From Candidatus Sulfomarinibacteraceae bacterium (GTDB lineage: Bacteria > Acidobacteriota > Thermoanaerobaculia > Thermoanaerobaculales > Sulfomarinibacteraceae), in the NCBI GenBank assembly GCA_963796455.1, contig CAWCLO010000001.1, forward strand, positions 1 through 64,000: DNA of 64,000 bases. Direction: 5' to 3'. The position numbers and the translations under genes were made by a program. Below are positions 57,858 through 64,000 of the stretch, one piece after another; position 1 is the first letter of the stretch, and each line of letters opens with the position of its first letter. The notes below the pieces were generated by a model. That model was not told the DNA's origin. It saw only the letters and a program-made list of their open reading frames with translations, and made no database searches.

Positions 57858-58715
57858 CACTGCCGTCCAAAACAGGTCGTCACCTGAAGTTTCCCACCTG
57901 ACAACACGTGATTTACGGGTTGGTTTTTGGCATATCCGGTTCGCGGTTGGCCCCTACCCGATCCCGAAGTACAGCGGCAGCGACAGTTGGCAGCGGCAGG
58001 TCCAGCGTCAGCGACAGTTGGCAGCGGCAGTGTCCAGCGTCAGCGACAGGAAACAGCGAACAGGGACAGCGGTCGGTGTTCAGTGTTCAGCGGCAGCGGT
58101 CAGGAGTACAGGCGACGAAGTGGCCACCTCCGGGTCGTTCAAAAGAAAGGGGTAGCCGGTGGGCGGCCGATGTCACGGACAGGCAAGGTGCAGGGCATCC
58201 TTGACATCGGCCACCACACCGGCTTGTGGGTATGGGCATGAACGACCCGGAGGTGACCATGTCCTCAGCCGCCACGAACACCAACCTCGTTGCCCACTCG
58301 AAAGCCCTCGAAGCAGCGGGCATCGCGATCAAGCTTGTGATGAGGGTTCCGGCTCCTCTGAAGTCCATAGCCGATCAGGTAATCCGGTCGGCAAGTTCAG
58401 TCCCCGCAAACCTGGCGGAAGGTCACGGCCGATTCGGTAGAGACCGGTCGAACCACTGGAGAATCGCCTACGCCTCAGCCAAAGAGGTCGACAGCCACTT
58501 GAAGCTCCTCGTCCACGCTGGGGCGGTCAACCGGAATGGAGCCGGTGAAGCGATGAAGGCCTTCGATCAGGTCCGTGCCACGACCTGGAGGCTGCTGAAC
58601 TCGACAGAGTGAGTGCTGTTGGCTGGCGCTGTCGCCGTCCCGGCCGCTGTTCGCTGCCGCTGAATCCTGTCGCTGTCCCCGACCCCTGTCCGAGACCCTG
58701 TCTTGGACAAGAGTG
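57858..58715 (+). mobile_element. Complete four-helix-bundle TIR element (858 bp)
   Basis: CACTGCCGTCCAAAACAG ... CTGTCTTGGACAAGAGTG, AT on both sides inside (GATGCTG)n; opposite orientation to the other copies. Confidence 0.8.
58259..58612 (+). CDS. Four-helix-bundle protein (23S-IVP/Avd-like family)
   Basis: ADQVIRSASSVPANLAEGHGR..HWRIAYASAKEV; GGAGGT RBS. Confidence 0.9.
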   Translation: MSSAATNTNLVAHSKALEAAGIAIKLVMRVPAPLKSIADQVIRSASSVPANLAEGHGRFGRDRSNHWRIAYASAKEVDSHLKLLVHAGAVNRNGAGEAMKAFDQVRATTWRLLNSTE

Positions 58716-58834
58716 ATGCTGGATGCCGGATGCTGAATCCGCCCACCAACCCACACCGTCGCAATCACAAAGACCCAAAGCCATCACAAACCTGCGTCGT
58801 GAGCTCCTGGAGTCGCGTGAACATCTCCGGTTTT

Positions 58835-59637
58835 GCCCACAGATCACACAGATAGACGCAGATGACAGCCATATTGCAGGGGCACAAGCGACCACTGCGA
58901 TCAACTGGCGTCCACATCTCGAGTTCTTAACGCAAAGACGCGAAGGCGCAAAGGCCACCGGACTACCGGATTCGTTTTGCCAAAATGGTTATGAACACAG
59001 AGGCGCAGAGTCGCGGAGACGCAGAGGGCTTACGACAAGAGCCCTCCGCCCGGCGAGGTCCTGGCCGCCATCCGGCAACCAGGTACCGCTGGGTAAGGAA
59101 ACCACCCCAAAAACCAGCTCTCGTCTCGGTTTCCTTACCCAACGGCCTGCGCGACCGCGCAGGCCTCGCCTCCTTCCTCCCCCTTTCTTCAATCAAGAGA
59201 GGATGTCACCGATGCAAGGCAGAACCGGCATGCCGTAGGCGTGCCGGACGGTGGGAAGCGGGGTGACTCCGAGCGCTGGCGCTCGGAGTCACCCCGCTTC
59301 TCACCGGCGACAGGCGATTCTTTGATCGCCTGTCGGTCTGCCGCCATGCTTGGCAACATTGCACAATCTCGGCAACCGCGCCTTTGCGTCTCTGCGTCTC
59401 TGCGTCTCTGCGACTTTGCGTTCTTTGGGTTCTTCGCGTTCTTCGCGGTTTCAGCATGTGCACGCGGGACGCGTGCACCACCATGGTGGTGCGGCCGTCT
59501 CGGCTGCACTTCTCCTCTGCTCCTCTGCTCCTCTGCGTTTTTCTCTGTGTTCTTCCTCTGTGTCTCTGTGTCTCTGTGGTTTTCTTGGTGGTTCAACTCC
59601 TGCGATGGATCTGCGTCTATCTGCGTGATCTGCGGGC
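58835..59637 (+). repeat. Nested inverted-repeat non-coding element, copy 2
   Basis: 27/29 IR at 58835-58863/59609-59637; core 59050-59510 collinear with 2108-2540. Confidence 0.85.
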
Positions 59638-59701
59638 GTTCTTCCTCCGTTGCTGCTCTCGGGTCTCTCTCTGGTGTCTCTGTGCCGCTGTGGTTCGTTC
59701 G

Positions 59702-61189
59702 TCAATCCACCCAGTTTTTCGATCGCTCGAGTGCCTTGCGCCAGCCGGCCATGAGCTCTTCGACACGGGCTCGATCCAGCTTTGGTTCGAAGACGCGGTC
59801 GATCGACCACTGCTCGGCGATCTCGTCGAGGCCGCTCCAGAAACCGACGGCCAACCCGGCCTGATAGGCCGCACCGAGTGCGGTGGTCTCGGTCACGGTG
59901 GGCCGCACCACCGGCACACCGAGCACGTCGGACTGGAACTGCATCAGGAGATCGTTGGCGGCGGCGCCGCCGTCGACCCGCAGCTCGGCAAGCTCGATTC
60001 CCGAATCCGCCTGCATCGCCTGAATGACGTCGGCCGTCTGGTAGGCGATGCTTTCAAGCGCCGCGCGGGCAATATGTGCGGATGTGCTGCCACGGGTCAG
60101 ACCGGCGATGGTGCCGCGCGCATACTGATCCCAGTGCGGTGCACCAAGCCCGACGAAGGCAGGCACCAGATAGACGCCGCCGTTGTCTTCGACCTTTTGT
60201 GCAAGCGACTGGACTTCACTCGAATCCTTGATCACCCCGAGGCCATCGCGCAGCCATTGCACGACCGCGCCGGCGATGAACACGCTGCCCTCGAGCGCAT
60301 AAGTCGTCTCGGACCCGCGCTTCCAGGCAACTGTCGTCAGGAGATTGTGCTGCGAGGGCACAGCTTCCGATCCGGTGTTCATGAGCATGAAACAACCGGT
60401 TCCATATGTGTTTTTGGCCATGCCCGGCGAAGTGCAAACCTGACCGAAAAGCGCCGCCTGTTGATCGCCGGCAATGCCGGCGATCGGGATCTTTGCCGCC
60501 AATACTTCTCCGGTGGTTTCGCCGTAGACTTCGCTCGAAGATCTGACCTCGGGGAGCATTGATCGTGGAACGCCGAGGATCTCGAGCAGTTCGTCGTCCC
60601 AATCCCCGGTGTGGATGTCGTAAAGGAGAGTTCGGGAAGCGTTCGAGACGTCCGTGATGTGCAGGCGGCCGCCGGTCATCCGCCACACAAGCCAGCTATC
60701 GATGGTCCCAAAGGCGAGCTCACCCTTTTCGGCGCGTTCGCGGGCCCCTTCGACGTGGTCGAGGATCCACCGGACCTTGGTGCCCGAGAAGTAGGCGTCG
60801 AGCACCAACCCGGTGCGATCCCGGAAGACTTCCGCCCGCCCTTCTTCCTTCAAGCGATCGCAGAAATCCGCAGTGCGCCGGTCCTGCCAGACGATGGCGT
60901 TGTAAACCGGCCGCCCGTTGGCGCGATCCCAGACCACAGTGGTTTCGCGCTGGTTGGTGATACCGATCGCGGCGATATCGCTCGCGTTCGCTCCGGAGTT
61001 GACGACCGCTTCCGCCGCAACCGCGACCTGGCTGCGCCAGATCTCTTCGGGATCGTGCTCGACCCAACCCGGAGTCGGGAAAACCTGCCGGAACTCCTTC
61101 TGGGCAACTTCCCGAACCGTTCCCGAGCGATCAAAGAGAATGGCACGGGAACTGGTCGTCCCCTGGTCGAAGGCAAGGATGTATTTCAT
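59702..61189 (-). CDS. glpK: Glycerol kinase
   Basis: [43 protein letters not shown]. Confidence 0.97.
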   Translation of the reverse strand: MKYILAFDQGTTSSRAILFDRSGTVREVAQKEFRQVFPTPGWVEHDPEEIWRSQVAVAAEAVVNSGANASDIAAIGITNQRETTVVWDRANGRPVYNAIVWQDRRTADFCDRLKEEGRAEVFRDRTGLVLDAYFSGTKVRWILDHVEGARERAEKGELAFGTIDSWLVWRMTGGRLHITDVSNASRTLLYDIHTGDWDDELLEILGVPRSMLPEVRSSSEVYGETTGEVLAAKIPIAGIAGDQQAALFGQVCTSPGMAKNTYGTGCFMLMNTGSEAVPSQHNLLTTVAWKRGSETTYALEGSVFIAGAVVQWLRDGLGVIKDSSEVQSLAQKVEDNGGVYLVPAFVGLGAPHWDQYARGTIAGLTRGSTSAHIARAALESIAYQTADVIQAMQADSGIELAELRVDGGAAANDLLMQFQSDVLGVPVVRPTVTETTALGAAYQAGLAVGFWSGLDEIAEQWSIDRVFEPKLDRARVEELMAGWRKALERSKNWVD

Positions 61190-61244
61190 GGAGAATCCTC
61201 CGTCAGCACGATGATACCGGTGCCGACGGAGGTCGCGAGCGTAT

Positions 61245-61370
61245 TGGCTATGAGGCTATGACCGGCTGCTTCGCAGCCTGGCTATGAGGCTCTGAGGGCG
61301 ACACGAAACAGCCTCGCCACCCATTGCCGCCCCATAACCCCATAGCTTCATAGCCTCATAGCCCCAAAGC
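61245..61370. repeat. Inverted pair of degenerate (GGCTATGA)n / (TCATAGCC)n octamer arms
   Basis: Read directly between adk and glpK. Confidence 0.8.
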
Positions 61371-61377
61371 TTCTTTT

Positions 61378-62091
<714 letters not shown>

Positions 62092-62747
62092 TTATTAATG
62101 CCGGGTTTTCGGGTTCCGAGACCGAAATATCGCTTCTTCGGCCCGATTTCGCCCGTCACACCCCGGTTACCGACCGTTGCCGGGAAGTTGCCGAATTCCG
62201 CCCCGCCAGCCACCAGCGGGCCCGGGCTCCACTGGGTTTTCGATCGCAAGTTGATGAAACAAGAAACTTACACGGATACCTGGATCTGGGAATCGGCGAA
62301 CCAACGCCCGAACGACGGGAACAGGCGCCGCCGCAATGTCGCGGCTGTTCCATCCGGGTAACAGACCCAAAAACACGAGAAACGTCGCAAACTCAAAGGT
62401 TTGGACATCGGAACACTCATTTACGTAACGCCGAGGTAACAATCGCTCCCCCGAGGCGACCGCAAATCACTCGTGCAATTACAAGTGATTTTTTTCACAT
62501 ATATTCTGATCCGATCGACTCATCTCACTGTAATGACTCTGCCATCACGACTTACGACCAGACCGCCCGAGAAAACCATGCCCTCTTGCTTGGACACCAA
62601 GCACAACACCACCTCGAACTGCGGCACCCATCGGTTGGCGCCCTACGTTCTCACCCCCAGCTCCCTCCCCTGCCAGAAGCTGTGAAGTGTACTGATATCA
62701 ATGGTTTTGACTATAGATAATAACCATTCTCAAAATGATTGTGAAAT

Positions 62748-62764
62748 CAGGCACAGCTCTTGCT
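62748..62764 (+). promoter_or_regulatory. Putative sigma-54 (-24/-12) promoter of aprBA
   Basis: CAGGCACAGCTCTTGCT has GG-N10-GC spacing, about 75 bp before the aprB ATG. Confidence 0.55.
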
Positions 62765-62838
62765 TGGTCTTGCCACGATGAGAATTAGTGTATCTACCGG
62801 CTTACAAACCTATTGGAATTCGAAAGGAGGAACCCTGT

Positions 62839-63270
62839 ATGCCGAGTTTCGTTAATGTGGAAAAGTGTGACGGGTGTAAGGCACTCGACAAGACTGCCTG
62901 CCAACACATCTGTCCGAACGACCTCATGGTTCTCGATAAGGAGAGCATGAAGGCGTATAACCGTGAACCCGAAATGTGCTGGGAGTGCTACAACTGCGTC
63001 AAGATCTGCCCGACCCAGGCTGTTGACGTCCGTGGATACGCGGACTTCGTGCCGATGGGCGCGTCGGTCGTGCCGCTCCGCTCCACCGACTCGATCATGT
63101 GGACCGTCAAGTTCCGCAGTGGTCAGGTGAAACGGTTCAAATTCCCCATCCGCACCACGCCTGAAGGCCAGGCGGAACCCACCGGTGGCTGGAACACCGA
63201 GCCGGACCTCGAGGGTCCGGTGCTCTTCACCGAGCCGGATTCCCTCGGCTGCCCAGTGTGGACGAAGTAG
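62839..63270 (+). CDS. aprB: Adenylylsulfate reductase beta subunit
   Basis: CDGC..ACQHICPNDLM..CWECYNCVKICP..VRGYADF..WTVKFR..FKFPIRTT. Confidence 0.96.
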   Translation: MPSFVNVEKCDGCKALDKTACQHICPNDLMVLDKESMKAYNREPEMCWECYNCVKICPTQAVDVRGYADFVPMGASVVPLRSTDSIMWTVKFRSGQVKRFKFPIRTTPEGQAEPTGGWNTEPDLEGPVLFTEPDSLGCPVWTK

Positions 63271-63279
63271 GAGGGGATG

Positions 63280-64000
63280 ATGGCAAACTTCGAAACAGTC
63301 AAAGTCGAAACTGATCTTCTGATCCTCGGTGGCGGTATGGCGTCCTGCGGCGCCGCGGTTGAAGCCGCTCACTGGGCCAAGAAAAACAACCTCAAGGTCA
63401 CCATGGTCGACAAGGCCGCGGTGGATCGTTCCGGCGCGGTGGCCATGGGCCTCTCCGCCATCAACCAGTATGTCGGTCTGAAAGACGGCGACAACACCAT
63501 CGAAGACTACGTCAACTACGTGAGTCAGGACCTCATGGGCGTCGCGCGCGACGACCTTGTGGCGTCCATCGCCCGCCACGTTGACGGTTCTGTCCACCTC
63601 TTCGAAAAATGGGGTCTCCCCATTTGGCAGGCTGAGGGTGGCGGTTATGTCCACGAGGGTCGCTGGCAGCTGATGATCAACGGCGAGTCCTATAAGGTCA
63701 TCGTCGCTGAGGCCGCCAAGAACCACCTCGGCACCGACAACATCATCGAGCGCGTGTTCATCGTCGGCCCGATCATGGAAGGCGGAGTGTGCAAGGGCGC
63801 ATACGGCTTCTCGGTCCGCGAGAACAAGTTCTACATCTTCCTCGCGCGCGCCGTGTTTGTCGCCATGGGCGGCGCGGTGCACGTCTTCAAACCGCGTTCC
63901 TCCGGTGAAGGCCTCGGCCGCGCCTGGTATCCGCCGTGGAACTCCGGTTCGTCGACCTATTTCACCCTGAAGGCCGGCGCCGAGATGACCTGCCAGGAAG
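63280..64000 (+). CDS. aprA: Adenylylsulfate reductase alpha subunit (runs off window; absent from the ORF track)
   Basis: Manual translation: MANFETVKVETDLLILGGGMA..DRSGAVAMGLSAIN..FEKWGLPIW..WQLMINGESYK..GRAWYPPWNSGS. Confidence 0.96.
   Translation, partial: MANFETVKVETDLLILGGGMASCGAAVEAAHWAKKNNLKVTMVDKAAVDRSGAVAMGLSAINQYVGLKDGDNTIEDYVNYVSQDLMGVARDDLVASIARHVDGSVHLFEKWGLPIWQAEGGGYVHEGRWQLMINGESYKVIVAEAAKNHLGTDNIIERVFIVGPIMEGGVCKGAYGFSVRENKFYIFLARAVFVAMGGAVHVFKPRSSGEGLGRAWYPPWNSGSSTYFTLKAGAEMTCQE

Noticed and set aside
57925..57950. Sigma-54 promoter inside the element end (TTGGCATATCCGGTTCGC)
   Set aside because: GG-to-GC spacing is not 10 nt
58259..58612. 23S rRNA intervening sequence
   Set aside because: No rRNA sequence flanks either four-helix-bundle gene

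Overview
GC-rich bacterial chromosomal window. The gene content (TIGR02266/PilZ-AMIN protein, aprBA) suggests a sulfur-dissimilating Acidobacteriota/Thermoanaerobaculia-like organism; this is inference only. Main content: (1) a LacI-controlled phytate/inositol locus (beta-propeller phytase, TonB receptor, three Gfo/Idh/MocA dehydrogenases, OPA-family MFS, inositol kinase-like PfkB, IolM/IolN/IolO-like enzymes, PhoD). It resembles the Thermotoga-type inositol-to-tagaturonate route. (2) About 7 kb downstream, a FadR-TRAP-uxaE-SDR-LarA-family-gnd-kinase operon that could finish that route. (3) A plant-type galacturonokinase-like gene coupled to a nucleotidyltransferase. (4) A selenocysteine peroxiredoxin split by an in-frame TGA. 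(5) glpD, glpK, and adk divergent from aprBA. The intergenic DNA is dense with nested inverted arrays of 6-9-nt tandem repeats. Among them is a transposase-less element family with CACT...AGTG termini that carries a four-helix-bundle gene, or deletion derivatives of it. The three copies with intact ends sit, in both orientations, at the AT of (GATGCTG)n arrays. A second, twice-present, highly structured non-coding element is also seen. No rRNA, tRNA or CRISPR array was found.
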